The notes under the pieces are model-generated. The model did no database searches. It worked only from the letters and a program-made list of their open reading frames with translations, and was not told where the DNA came from. This document shows positions 48,601-58,321 of a stretch of 64,000 bases of DNA, piece by piece; within the stretch, counting starts at the first letter, position 1, and each line of letters begins with the position of its first letter. Source of the stretch: a virus. The DNA lies in the IMG/VR virus record IMGVR_UViG_3300036790_000811, positions 1 through 64,000 of that record. One strand, 5' to 3'. The translations under genes and the position numbers were made by a program.

Positions 48601-51259
48601 GGGGCTGCTCGCCGCCGGGGTGAAAGACGTGAGCGAGGCCATGGACATGGAGTCTGAGGCCGCCGCCATGTCCGGCGCGATGACGACTCTCGATGCAGGG
48701 GCGACGACCCTGGTCGGGGGACTCGGCAAGGCGGCGGCGTTCATGTCCGGGCCGTGGGGCGCGGCCGTCATGCTTGCCGTGGCCGCCCTGACCGTCCTGA
48801 CGATCTGGATTGTCAACACCAAGAACGCCACGCAGCAGTGGGTAGAGGCATCCCAGAAGGCGGTGTCCTCCGCCACCAACCTGACGGTGCTGAATGTCAT
48901 CGGCCAGCAGCTGGCCGACACGACCCAGAAGCTCGCCCAGACGAATGACGCGTGGAACGCCAGCCAGCAGCGCGGCCTGCTGTCCGCTGCCGAGTCCGTG
49001 ACCTCCACCAAGGCCCTGACCCAGAATCAGCAGCAGCTTTTCAATGAGAGCAACAACGTCGTCGCCGGCGCGGAGTCGATCTCCCAGACGTACGGGGTGA
49101 GCTTCTCGGCCGCCCTCGGCATCGCTGACCTGGCCGGGGTCAAGCTGGCAACGACGCAGGTGACTCTCGGGGTAAACGCGAACAAGGCCGGGATCCAGAT
49201 CGAGTCCCTGATCCAGGGCTTTGATTCCCTGGGGCAAAGCGGGAATACCCTGGCCAACTCCATGAACGCGATCAATGTCGAAGCCGGAATCCAGAGTTCC
49301 CAGATCAGCAAGGTCAATACCGCCTGGGATCAGTTCATCTCGATGGCCACCTCCCTGACATCCGGGTTCTCCCAGCTCAACCTGGACCTGGAACAGATGG
49401 GCAATGTCGCGGCGGTGACCGGCTCCAAGATCACGGCGTTCTCCACGTCCGCCACGGCGGGCATCACCTTGTCGGTGAGCCAGATCGCCGCCAGCCTGAA
49501 CACCTTCAGCGGCTCCTCTGCCCAGACCTGGCAGGCGTTCGACCAGTCCATTACCGGCGCCAACACCTTCATCGACAGCCTGCGCACCGGCATGACCGCC
49601 GGGGTGGTTACCAGCGGGGATTACACCAAGGGCGTTGCCGATATCGTCGCGGAGCTGATTCCCTACGCGGCCCAGTCCAAGACGGCGGCGGCAGAGGTCA
49701 GTGCCCTGGCACAGGAGGCCGGAGGACCCGCGACCGACAGTATTTCCGCTCTCAAGAGCTGGGTGGACAAGGCCGGGGGCTCCACGAGCAATATGTCCGG
49801 GCTCGTGGACACGCTTACCCAGAAGCTGACCAACGTCACCTCGGTAGCCAAGACGTTCGCGGACACTCTTCAGCAGGATGTCATCAATGCCATTGCCAGT
49901 GCCGGGGTCAATACTTCCAACATCACCGGCCTGACGGAGGCGTACACCAAGTCGCTTCAGGAAAACGGCTCGCAGTCCGGGGTTACCAAGAGCGCTCAGG
50001 ATCAGCTGACCAAGACTCTCCAGAGTTACGGTTTCTCGGCTTCGGACATCAAGGAGCTTGAGCAGGAACTGACCCAGGCGTACGGCAATAACGCCTCCCA
50101 GGCTGGCACCACCAAGGGCAAGACGGACAGTCTCAGGGGATCTATTACCGAGGCCGGGAACCAGGCCACCATCGTGGGCAACGGCGGTATGCGCATCCTG
50201 TCTGACGGTGCCCAGAGCGTGAACAAGCAGGCAGGTGCTGCCGAGAGCACGCTCAGGCAGTGGCCGTCGCACGAGGCCACGACCTTTCACATGTCCGGTA
50301 CCGGCGGCGCGAACATCTCAGCGAGCGTGGGCGGGTTCAGCATTCCCGGCGGCGGCGGCGTCCGCATTACGCCGATGTCGGCCGGCGGCGTGCTGCCCGG
50401 CTACGACCCGGGCCACGACAGCATTCACGCCCTGCTGTCTCCCGGCGAGGGGATTCTCGTCCCGCAGGCGGTGCGGGCACTGGGCGGCGAGCAGGGCATC
50501 ACGTCCATCAACAAGAGCGTCCGGCACTTTGCGGGCGGCGGTGTCGCCTTCCCGGACGTGACCGGCCAGTCGGCCGGGATGGCGCAGGCGGCGGCGACCG
50601 ACATGACCGATGCTCTCGGCCATGCCGCCGCGAACGCGGTCACCTATATCCAGCATCATCTTCAGCAGGAACTGACGGCGGCAGCCGGAACAGTCACCGG
50701 CCATCTGTCCGCTTCGGAATCGGCGGTCGCGAGCCTGATGACGGTGATGGCCGCCGCCCAGGGGTGGACCGGAGCCCAGCTTCAGGCCCTGCTGGCCGTG
50801 GAATCCCGTGAGGCCGGGTTCAACCCGAACGCCAAGAACCCTTCTTCCGGTGCCTACGGCCTCGCCCAGTTCATCGACGGTCCCAGCGAATACGCCCAGT
50901 ACGGCGGCAATGCCAATACCGTCGCGGGGCAGATCACGGGGATGCTGGCCTACATTAAGAGCCGCTACGGGAATCCCGAAGGTGCCCTCGCCCATGAAGT
51001 GAGCGCGGGCTGGTATGACCAGGGCGGCATGCTGGCCCCGGGCTGGACTCTTGCCCTGAACAATACGGGCCAGCCGGAGCGCGTTACGGCTCCAAATGGG
51101 TCGGGACCGGGCGAAGGCGGAATGGTCCATGCGATCTTCCAGATTGACGGCAAGAGCGTCTTCGAGGGAGTCCAGCCCTACGCTCTGCAATGGAATTCGA
51201 GAAATAGGGGCAATGGCAACATGGGTGCCGCCGGGTTTGCTCCTAACCGAGGTGCCTAA
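45629..51259 (+). CDS. tape measure protein with C-terminal lytic transglycosylase (probable ATT start 45629; first GTG 45647)
   Basis: ~1870 aa, Ala-rich; LSPGEGIL; ESREAGFNPNAKNPSSGAYGLAQF. Confidence 0.9.
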   Translation: MPELPEVNEAFVADVSDYLVGIQEMIDKTVEAAESVANLRREIEELPRETIVTVKYVRETVGEAPEDIQRTVTDVTDVTGGASDDIQKAGEQAQQAREDFEDMSESAGEASERLEELSDEAAGLDEHLDEVRENVGDLKENLEDAGNAMENAARDTRDYDAANREAMESARQLGERTLEGKEGMDEFIDALDEAVPGLKQFMTESAIAGESLKDLGEDADLATIAADAFDRAVTDGDLTIAQTTALLRAALAAYKELGDATSVAAVGQYALNESMDATDMKATEQASLLQIVTTAQRNYASMTKDLVVAEQAEEAALAATEEELNANAVSTLEMADAQTFANANVIATMNSERKYAETISMVQEIQEREQEQLIELSIAYEAEAAAAREAAAATEEQRAQSERLDAEILIEEEAMNRLRESTGGATVAFDQFQTAIEDLHANTDGVTTDMDALAEALARQDAGANAARGAYAALADGFDSAAEALTSYRQGMTMTTEQVHVLNILLSSLATGGLPAFNEALRANTESFDDLDVGMRGAVASSDAYLAGMETVSATQQKLTENTIFANEALAMAGVEAMKLSATEATLAGDTETVASVMAAAREAVAQFTTTSHASAEDVANLAAVTLALTNTITASGGAYRGWGAGLSSASVVAAGGLLDMVEAAKQASAETGVTGANMLAMAAAARQAGDNIGGMTIPLGAAAFGITGIGTALHLVFMAVVELLATLVPAMIAAAAGASVLVQGFSQLKTQLTSVYEVGESLGPAFGKTQGDMLGLGHSLQVAQNAADPDAYELLGEAIIGVDGATGHLNDQMGSVTHTSQAAGQGISSFGQMGLAVGSELEKFGAGIDADLNSNLKTVTSLLANAVPDLVEWGQVMGNLGHAVLNLAADMPGLAEIILKVIDGITQLVKWVSELNPTLIAVVFGFEEAYRWSGLLVGIFGLLARAIALVGTLGLPVIGKIGMNMGAMAANVITGVGDMIVNFTALLEKMGLLAAGVKDVSEAMDMESEAAAMSGAMTTLDAGATTLVGGLGKAAAFMSGPWGAAVMLAVAALTVLTIWIVNTKNATQQWVEASQKAVSSATNLTVLNVIGQQLADTTQKLAQTNDAWNASQQRGLLSAAESVTSTKALTQNQQQLFNESNNVVAGAESISQTYGVSFSAALGIADLAGVKLATTQVTLGVNANKAGIQIESLIQGFDSLGQSGNTLANSMNAINVEAGIQSSQISKVNTAWDQFISMATSLTSGFSQLNLDLEQMGNVAAVTGSKITAFSTSATAGITLSVSQIAASLNTFSGSSAQTWQAFDQSITGANTFIDSLRTGMTAGVVTSGDYTKGVADIVAELIPYAAQSKTAAAEVSALAQEAGGPATDSISALKSWVDKAGGSTSNMSGLVDTLTQKLTNVTSVAKTFADTLQQDVINAIASAGVNTSNITGLTEAYTKSLQENGSQSGVTKSAQDQLTKTLQSYGFSASDIKELEQELTQAYGNNASQAGTTKGKTDSLRGSITEAGNQATIVGNGGMRILSDGAQSVNKQAGAAESTLRQWPSHEATTFHMSGTGGANISASVGGFSIPGGGGVRITPMSAGGVLPGYDPGHDSIHALLSPGEGILVPQAVRALGGEQGITSINKSVRHFAGGGVAFPDVTGQSAGMAQAAATDMTDALGHAAANAVTYIQHHLQQELTAAAGTVTGHLSASESAVASLMTVMAAAQGWTGAQLQALLAVESREAGFNPNAKNPSSGAYGLAQFIDGPSEYAQYGGNANTVAGQITGMLAYIKSRYGNPEGALAHEVSAGWYDQGGMLAPGWTLALNNTGQPERVTAPNGSGPGEGGMVHAIFQIDGKSVFEGVQPYALQWNSRNRGNGNMGAAGFAPNRGA

Positions 51260-51303
51260 TCGTACTTTCGCATCCTTGCGGAACAGCAGAAACGGACGAT
51301 GAC

Positions 51304-51450
51304 ATGGATATTCACCTGGATCACCAGGCAGTGGCGACTGTCCGGAAGGCTGTCAGTTCCTGCTGCGGCATGCCCCTGGATTTTCCCGAGTGGCACTGCC
51401 GCCAGTGCGGGGAATCCTGCGAACTCGTTCTTGAAGAGGATGACTCATGA
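51304..51450 (+). CDS. small Cys-rich protein
   Basis: Manual ORF SSCC...CRQC...C; ATGA overlap. Confidence 0.5.
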   Translation: MDIHLDHQAVATVRKAVSSCCGMPLDFPEWHCRQCGESCELVLEEDDS

Positions 51451-51815
51451 GTGACGGCGTCTCCACGACTTACGCGAATACGATGCTGACGAGCCTCACG
51501 GCCGCTTCCCTTTACATCAAGCTGCATACCGGGGATCCGGGAGCGGCGGGCACTGCCAGTCCTTCGTCGGTAACGACCCGCGAGAATGTCACGTGGGGCG
51601 CCCCGACCTCGGGGATTACCACTGCCAGCAATCAGCCCGTCTGGTCCTCCTGGGGCGGCACAAATGGCGAGATCGTGACCGACCTGTCCTTCTGGACGGC
51701 CTCGTCGGGCGGTACCTTCGCCACGTCCATGAACCTGACCTCGCCGGTTACGATGAACAGCGGCAACAGCATCACCTTGACGACGATTTCCATAGGAATT
51801 CCGACCGCCAGCTAA
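51447..51815 (+). CDS. minor tail protein
   Basis: YIKLHTGDPGAAGT...FWTASSGG. Confidence 0.7.
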   Translation: MSDGVSTTYANTMLTSLTAASLYIKLHTGDPGAAGTASPSSVTTRENVTWGAPTSGITTASNQPVWSSWGGTNGEIVTDLSFWTASSGGTFATSMNLTSPVTMNSGNSITLTTISIGIPTAS

Positions 51816-51825
51816 GGAATGACCC

Positions 51826-54800
51826 ATGGGATTCACCGCAGTCGGGACGATCTTCGATAACGGCAACGGGAATTCCACCTTTTCTGTTAGCCCGCAGGCC
51901 GTCGGGGACATCCTGCTCGTTGAGATCATCGTCTCCGGTTCCAGCAGCATCACCGTCACCGCTCTGCTTGGCGGCGGGGTGACCACGTGGACCAAGATCG
52001 CCTCCTATGCCGGGACGAGTAACGCCGCGACCGGCTCGGTATGGATGGGAACCGTCACCACGACGGGATCCGCCGTCGGGATCCCGACTTTCTCCGGGGG
52101 CACGTCCGGAGACTTCCTGGAAATGGCCGGACAGGAGTACTCCTCCACCACCGGGGCGATGTTCGCTCAGGCAGCCTACCTGGACACCAGTTTCACCGGA
52201 AACATGCCGTCGCTCACCCCGTCCGGGGCGGGACAGATGTATTTCTGCTTCGCCTCCGACAACGGGATCGCCTCGCCGGGAAGCACGACGGGATACGTCT
52301 ATCAGCTGGACGCCACCGGGAACGGGCTCGCCTACAACCAGAACTGCACGTCCGGGGTCAGTACCCATCCGGTCTGGACGGACGGCAACCTTTCTTTCGG
52401 GATTGCCGTTCTCATTTCCGGATCGGGATCGGGATCCAACACCGCCACGGGGTCTTTGACGATCACCCCGCAGATGAACGCCCAGGCGGCACCGGGAGGC
52501 AGCGCCCAGGCCGCTCTTACCGTTACTCCCGGGTTTCTTGCCGTCGCTTCCGGTGGTTCGGGAGCCCTCAGTATCGCCCAGATCGTCCCGGGCAACGTCA
52601 TCAACGACTACGGGCTGGACAATGTCCCGTTCACGGTGAACACGCCCGGCACCGGCACGATGCTCGCCGCCTTTATCGGGTGGAATGCCGCCGCCTCCAC
52701 GGCACAGTCGTCCGGTAAGGCACCCGCCGTCAACGTCACGGACTCGGCCGGCAACCTGTGGCGGCAGGCGGGCATCACCGCCGTTGATCCGCTTGCCCGC
52801 TGCGCCCTCTGGGTGGCCGACAATCCCCGGCAGACCGAATGGGTATCGGTTGCCCTTACCGGATGGGGATACTCAACCGCGTACACGATCGTGGAACTGG
52901 ACGGCGTCCCGAGTTCACTGGGGCAGATCTCCCTGGACTTCGTCTCCCCCGTCACGACCGACACCCCGGTCACGACCCTGACGATTCCCTCCCAGACGGC
53001 CTCCACGTCCGACCTGGTGCTCGGGGTGGTCACCACGGGAGGACCGGGAGGCCCCCTGACCGTCCCCACGGGATGGACGGGCATCCAGGCGGTCGGCGGG
53101 GCGACGTCCGGGGACGTGACGACGTATTCGGTGTACCGGCAGAGCTCGGCCGGCGCGGTGACGCTGGCACCCTCCTGGGCTAACTCCGTCCCGGCGTCGG
53201 GCGTCATGGCGGGAATCAGGATCACCTCGGCGGCTCCTGTCCAGCCGAACCCGAACTTTCCCGCCATCCGGGTGGAGGCGGCTTTCGGGGCGACCCCGGG
53301 CGACTGGACCCAGTCCGTGGACTACACCTATGACATCGGCGGCCTGGCCTGGACCGACATCAGCCAGTACACGACCGACGAAGAAGGCCAGTCCACCATC
53401 AGCGTCAAGCGGGGACGGCAGTACGAACTGAGCCAGGAAGAAACCGGGACGCTTGAGGTCCAGCTGGACAACCACACCGGGATCTTCACCTACTCCAACA
53501 CCGCCAGTACCTTCTATCCCAACGTGATCCCGGGTACCCCGCTGCGCGTGACGGCCTGGTTCGGCGGGGTGCAGTACCCGGTGGGATTCGGGTACGCGGA
53601 GAAGTGGCCGCAGGAGTGGCCGAAGATGCCCCAGTGGGGTTTCTCCCGGGTCACCGCGACCGATGCCTACGGCCCGCTGGCCGCCTGTAATCTCTTCTCG
53701 GCGGTCATTTCCGAGATCCGCAAGGACTCCCCGTACGCCTACTTCCCGACGACGGAACAGTACGAGTTCACCACCCAGTCCCTGGATCCGGTCCAGGCTC
53801 CCCTGGACGCCAACGGCCTGATCGCGGCCAACTATGCCTTCGGGAACAACCGTTTCGGGGCCTACCGGGACGGCTACGACCAGCCCGTGACTGTCGGTCA
53901 GGCGCTGAACCTGATGGGGGACCAGAACACCACCCTCGGGGCCACGACCTACACCGGCCAGGAGGTCAACGACAACGGGCCGGGGATGTTCTACTTCGAC
54001 AACGGCATCCCGACGAACGCCAGCGGGAAATCCTTCGCCGTCGAGTTCTGGTTCGCCTGGGGCAACACCTCCAGTTTCGCCTGCACGATGCTGTCCGCGT
54101 GGGCATCCCCCAGCAGCTTCTTCACCGTCGCCACGAGTACGACTCCCCCTTCCGCCGGAGGCGTTCTCACGGTCGGCATCAACACTCCCGCCGAGGGCAA
54201 CACCCTGGAGGCGGGATTCTTCGTCAACGGCACGGAGATCTCCGGGGGGACGTTCAACCAGGACACGTACGCTCCGCAGCACTTCGTTCTCAACGTGGCC
54301 GGCACGAACGTCACCGCCTACCTCAACGGGGTGCAGCAGCCGAACACTCCCTCGGTGGCGACGATCCCCATGATCCGGGCGTTCGCCCTGGGGCCGGCGA
54401 GATTCTCTTACGATGTTTCCGGCATGGTCGTCTACAACGGCTACAACTACATATCCGGCCACGCGGCCTGGTACTCGCACGCCCTCAATCCGACGGTGAT
54501 CTCCAACCACTACGAGTCGGGTGCCACCGGTTTCGTCGGAGACCCGGCACCGGGACGGTTCGCCCAGGTCCTGACGTGGGGAGGGCTGGGCCTCAAGCGC
54601 GGCGGAACCGCCTGGTACAACACGTACGGCAATTATGAGGGCACGTTCATGTCCGAGGCGTACGACTACGACGGATCCTCGGCCGCCGACATCATGAGCC
54701 AGATCACCCAGTCCGAGGGCGGCCGGTGCTACATCCAGGCCAACGGCAGCATTGTCTACGCCTACCGCTGGAGCCTGTATGACCAGCCGGTCGTGGCCCA

Positions 54801-55347
54801 GTTCGGGGACCAGCCGGGACAGCTGCCGTTCGAGAACGACACCAGCTTCGCGGTAGACAACCAGTTCATCTTCAACGTGGTCAACGCGACCCAGCAGCGC
54901 GGTCCTAACCAGGACCTGTTCATCCAGGAAAACAATTTCCAGAGCCAGAACCAGTTCTTCATGCGCTCCGGGATCAGCTACCAGTCGTACGCGATGCTGC
55001 CGTTCGACGTCAGCGACCTGGTGAACTGGTCGGTCGCCAAGTACCAGGAACCCCACGACCGGGTGGTCCAGGTCACCATTGACGTGGCCGGGGTCCAGGC
55101 GTCCAACTCGGCATTGTTCCCGACCATTCTCTCACTGGAGCTGAATCAGACGATCACGGTGACGAGAACCCCGATCGGGGGCAGCCAGATATCCCTGACC
55201 GGGGTTATCCAGCAGATATCGCACGAATTCGGGGCCGCGAGCTGGAAGACCACCCTCGAAGTGACTCCTTTGATCCCGGAAGCCAATGCCCTGATCGCGG
55301 ATAATACAGGTAATGACACTCCGGGATCGAGCTTTTTGGCGTGGTAG
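51826..55347 (+). CDS. minor tail/baseplate protein with LamG-like domain
   Basis: WTDISQY...VKRGRQYEL; FAVEFWF; SEGG. Confidence 0.75.
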   Translation: MGFTAVGTIFDNGNGNSTFSVSPQAVGDILLVEIIVSGSSSITVTALLGGGVTTWTKIASYAGTSNAATGSVWMGTVTTTGSAVGIPTFSGGTSGDFLEMAGQEYSSTTGAMFAQAAYLDTSFTGNMPSLTPSGAGQMYFCFASDNGIASPGSTTGYVYQLDATGNGLAYNQNCTSGVSTHPVWTDGNLSFGIAVLISGSGSGSNTATGSLTITPQMNAQAAPGGSAQAALTVTPGFLAVASGGSGALSIAQIVPGNVINDYGLDNVPFTVNTPGTGTMLAAFIGWNAAASTAQSSGKAPAVNVTDSAGNLWRQAGITAVDPLARCALWVADNPRQTEWVSVALTGWGYSTAYTIVELDGVPSSLGQISLDFVSPVTTDTPVTTLTIPSQTASTSDLVLGVVTTGGPGGPLTVPTGWTGIQAVGGATSGDVTTYSVYRQSSAGAVTLAPSWANSVPASGVMAGIRITSAAPVQPNPNFPAIRVEAAFGATPGDWTQSVDYTYDIGGLAWTDISQYTTDEEGQSTISVKRGRQYELSQEETGTLEVQLDNHTGIFTYSNTASTFYPNVIPGTPLRVTAWFGGVQYPVGFGYAEKWPQEWPKMPQWGFSRVTATDAYGPLAACNLFSAVISEIRKDSPYAYFPTTEQYEFTTQSLDPVQAPLDANGLIAANYAFGNNRFGAYRDGYDQPVTVGQALNLMGDQNTTLGATTYTGQEVNDNGPGMFYFDNGIPTNASGKSFAVEFWFAWGNTSSFACTMLSAWASPSSFFTVATSTTPPSAGGVLTVGINTPAEGNTLEAGFFVNGTEISGGTFNQDTYAPQHFVLNVAGTNVTAYLNGVQQPNTPSVATIPMIRAFALGPARFSYDVSGMVVYNGYNYISGHAAWYSHALNPTVISNHYESGATGFVGDPAPGRFAQVLTWGGLGLKRGGTAWYNTYGNYEGTFMSEAYDYDGSSAADIMSQITQSEGGRCYIQANGSIVYAYRWSLYDQPVVAQFGDQPGQLPFENDTSFAVDNQFIFNVVNATQQRGPNQDLFIQENNFQSQNQFFMRSGISYQSYAMLPFDVSDLVNWSVAKYQEPHDRVVQVTIDVAGVQASNSALFPTILSLELNQTITVTRTPIGGSQISLTGVIQQISHEFGAASWKTTLEVTPLIPEANALIADNTGNDTPGSSFLAW

Positions 55348-56018
55348 CGCATCTTGGAGTAGTGCGGATAGCAGAGACCCTTGCCATAGTGCGCCTTTTC
55401 GCAACCCGGTTCCGTGCAACGGCGGGCGTTGGGATTGTTTTTCTGGTTGCGATTGTAGTGGTTCTTGCACAAACCCCTGGCGTACGCCGCTTTCTCGCAC
55501 TCAGGTTCTTCGCAGCGAGGAGAATCCGGGTTGGATAGTTTCTCTTCTATGTAATCCCGGTGCCGCTCTCGGCGACACTTTCGACATACTCGATCACCCT
55601 TTTGGCCTATATACGTATTGTCGCTTGTATATGGATGACCCCGAGGACATTCAATTATGTTCTTGCGGATTCCATGTTGAATGTCATCGAGAAGGTTCTC
55701 TTTGTAGGTTCCGTATGCAAGATTGGAAAGTCTGTTATCGGCAGGATTTCCGTTGAGATGCCGAGAAACGATGCTTTTAGGTTTAGGACCCACAAAGGCA
55801 TCCAGGACGATGCGGTGCACGAGTCTGACTATTCCCCTTCCGTTTCGGTGAAGGGTAACTCGGAGATGACCGCTCGGATTCGGAGTCGGCCTAAGATAGG
55901 GCCAGTCTGTACCGCGAGGACCCTTGCGGTAGACGAGACGTTTCACGCGTCCGTAGTCTGATACTGCATAAAACTCTTCATAGTCCACCACTGGAAGCCA
56001 GCGCTCCTGATCCGCCAT
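55146..56018 (-). CDS. NUMOD4-HNH homing endonuclease (HEG6)
   Basis: MADQERWLPVVDYEEFYAVSDYG...VHRIVLDAFVGP...RHLNGNPADN. Confidence 0.88.
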   Translation of the reverse strand: MADQERWLPVVDYEEFYAVSDYGRVKRLVYRKGPRGTDWPYLRPTPNPSGHLRVTLHRNGRGIVRLVHRIVLDAFVGPKPKSIVSRHLNGNPADNRLSNLAYGTYKENLLDDIQHGIRKNIIECPRGHPYTSDNTYIGQKGDRVCRKCRRERHRDYIEEKLSNPDSPRCEEPECEKAAYARGLCKNHYNRNQKNNPNARRCTEPGCEKAHYGKGLCYPHYSKMRYHAKKLDPGVSLPVLSAIRALASGIKGVTSRVVFQLAAPNSCDICWITPVRDIWLPPIGVLVTVIV

Positions 56019-56051
56019 GGACTGGAGTGTAACACAAGGAGGTGATGTTAG

Positions 56052-58321
56052 GTGCCAATCTCCCCTTCCAGCTATGCGACGAACACTCCCATAACTGCGC
56101 ACCAGCTTTTAACCAGGATTTTTACAGCATAGATGGCAGTGCATTCAATGCCACGGGAACAAGCTTTCACGCTAACCGCCCCCTGCTGGTAGAGACTTTC
56201 ATCAAGGCGGGAGCGCAGGCTACCGCCCCTACGGGGGGAGCACCCAGCTTCCTCGGCGGGGTGAACGGGGACGCCATCTCGGTGATCGACAACGCTGCCC
56301 TGTACGGGACCGGCGCGGACGGGGTCGGCAACGAGGCGAGATTCAACTCCGGCGGGGCTGTTGCTCCCGGCTCGGCGGGGATCTCGGGCCAGTACGGCGG
56401 CTGGAACCTCATGTTCGCGTTCGTCCCGATCTCCAAGTTCCCGGTCGCCGGGGGCATGTACGGCGTGGAGTGGAACGACTCCGCCATCACCGGCAATCCT
56501 CCGGCTGACATCGGCTGCATGCAGCCCGCCAGCACGGTCTACAACAACGCCGGCTTCGCCTGCGACATGGTCGAGCTCGTCCCCCCGCTCTACAGCGCGG
56601 ACTGGGGTCCGTCGGTCTACGCACTGAGCCCGACCGCTACCAGGATCCCGCTGGTGGTCAACACCGTCACGACGGTAGGCCAGACCCCGCGCTTCACCCA
56701 GATCTGGACCGGCGTCCTGAACGGCTACGGCACGCCGGTAAGCACGGTGCCGTCCCCGATGACGGTGATCACCGGGCTGACGACACTCAGCAGCTCGGCA
56801 CTGAACGCCACGATCAACCAGAGCCTGAACCTGCTCAACTACCCCCCGATGCTGGACGTGACGGTCCAGTCCACGGCGCCGATCAACGCCAGCTCCGTGA
56901 CGACCGTGCCGTTCAGCAACACCCCGGTTGAAGACAACTACAGCGGCTACAACGTCTCTGCCCGCACCTACACGGTGCCGTTGTCCGGACTGTACTTCAT
57001 GCACGCGAACCTGATCTACAGCCCGGCCTTTACCGTGGGAACGGCGATCGCCGGGTTCGACGTCAACGGGGCCATCCGGTGGGGAGGGGCCTACGCGGCG
57101 ACCCCGAGTGCCAACCAGAACACCGGGGCCTCGGTCACCAAGCTGTTCGACCTGAACGCCGGGGACACTGTCCAGGTCATCACCGCCACCAGCGTGGCGG
57201 CAGCCTTCGGCAGCGCGAACTACAGCCACTTCATCATGAACTGGATGGGCGCGCTCAACAGCAGCACCCAGCACTGGAAGCCGCCGAACGTCACGGGCTT
57301 CCAGTTCACCGCCGGGATGCCCCCCGAGTCGGTCACGAACATCGTCCAGAACTCCTACTTCACGGCCGGGACGAGCAAGTGGAGCGGCTTCAACGGGTCG
57401 TTCACCGTGACCTCAAGCCCGGCCGCCGGGGCACCGTATCCCAATGCCGGCGTCTACGTGAACAACGGGTCGGCGTCCGGGGCGATGGAAGGCGGGGGGA
57501 CATTCCAGGTCGATCCCACCGAAGTGGTCTACCTGGACGCGTGGACCTGGACCTCGGGAACGGTAATCCAGGCCGGGTTCGACTTCCTGAACAGCGGGAC
57601 CTACGTCACGTCGGTGCTGTCCAACTTCACCGTGCCGACCCAGACGTGGAAGCTGGTCAGCCTGCCCGTTACCGCCCCCTCGTCGGCCATCAACAGCGCC
57701 TACGCCCGGGTGGGAACCCCGTCCGGGAGCGGTGCCACGATCCAGACGCAGGCGATCCTGGCAGGCTTCCAGAGACCTCTCGCGCCCCAGCTGAACGAGA
57801 AGATCGCCAACGACCTCAACTTCCTCATCAACCGCCCGTACCTGATGGCCCGCCAGACGACGGCAACCTCAGGGACGGTGAATACCGCCATCACGGTGCC
57901 GATGCAGACCGCGACGGGACTGATCCACAGCACCTTCGGGGACAACTACGGCGGCTGGAACGGCACCGCCTACACCGCCCAGGTTCCGGGCTGGTACCTG
58001 GCGGTCGAGGAAATCGGCGCGGCCACCCGCTCGACGGCGAATTCCGGCGACAGCCTGACGGCGGGCTTCTCGGTCCCCACTAGCGGCGGGGTAAACGCTC
58101 CCACGACCCCCCAGGCGATGCCGGACTGGTACCAGCAGATCCAGGTGGCCGGGAGCTGGACTTATCCCACGGCGGCGACGGCGATCGGCGCCTACTACCT
58201 CAACACCGGGGAATCCATCTCCCCCAGTGCGCGGTACCAGTCGGGCACGGCGACCAGCTGGACGACGGACACCTCGCACAGCTTCAATGGGCAGTTCAGC
58301 CTCATCTATTTGAGTTCGTAG
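56052..58321 (+). CDS. minor tail protein with a frame break at TTA 56109 (recoded gene)
   Basis: SD AGGAGG 9 nt before GTG 56052; MPISPSSYATNTPITAHQL | TT | NQDFYSIDG; C1q/CBM-like beta domains. Confidence 0.7.
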
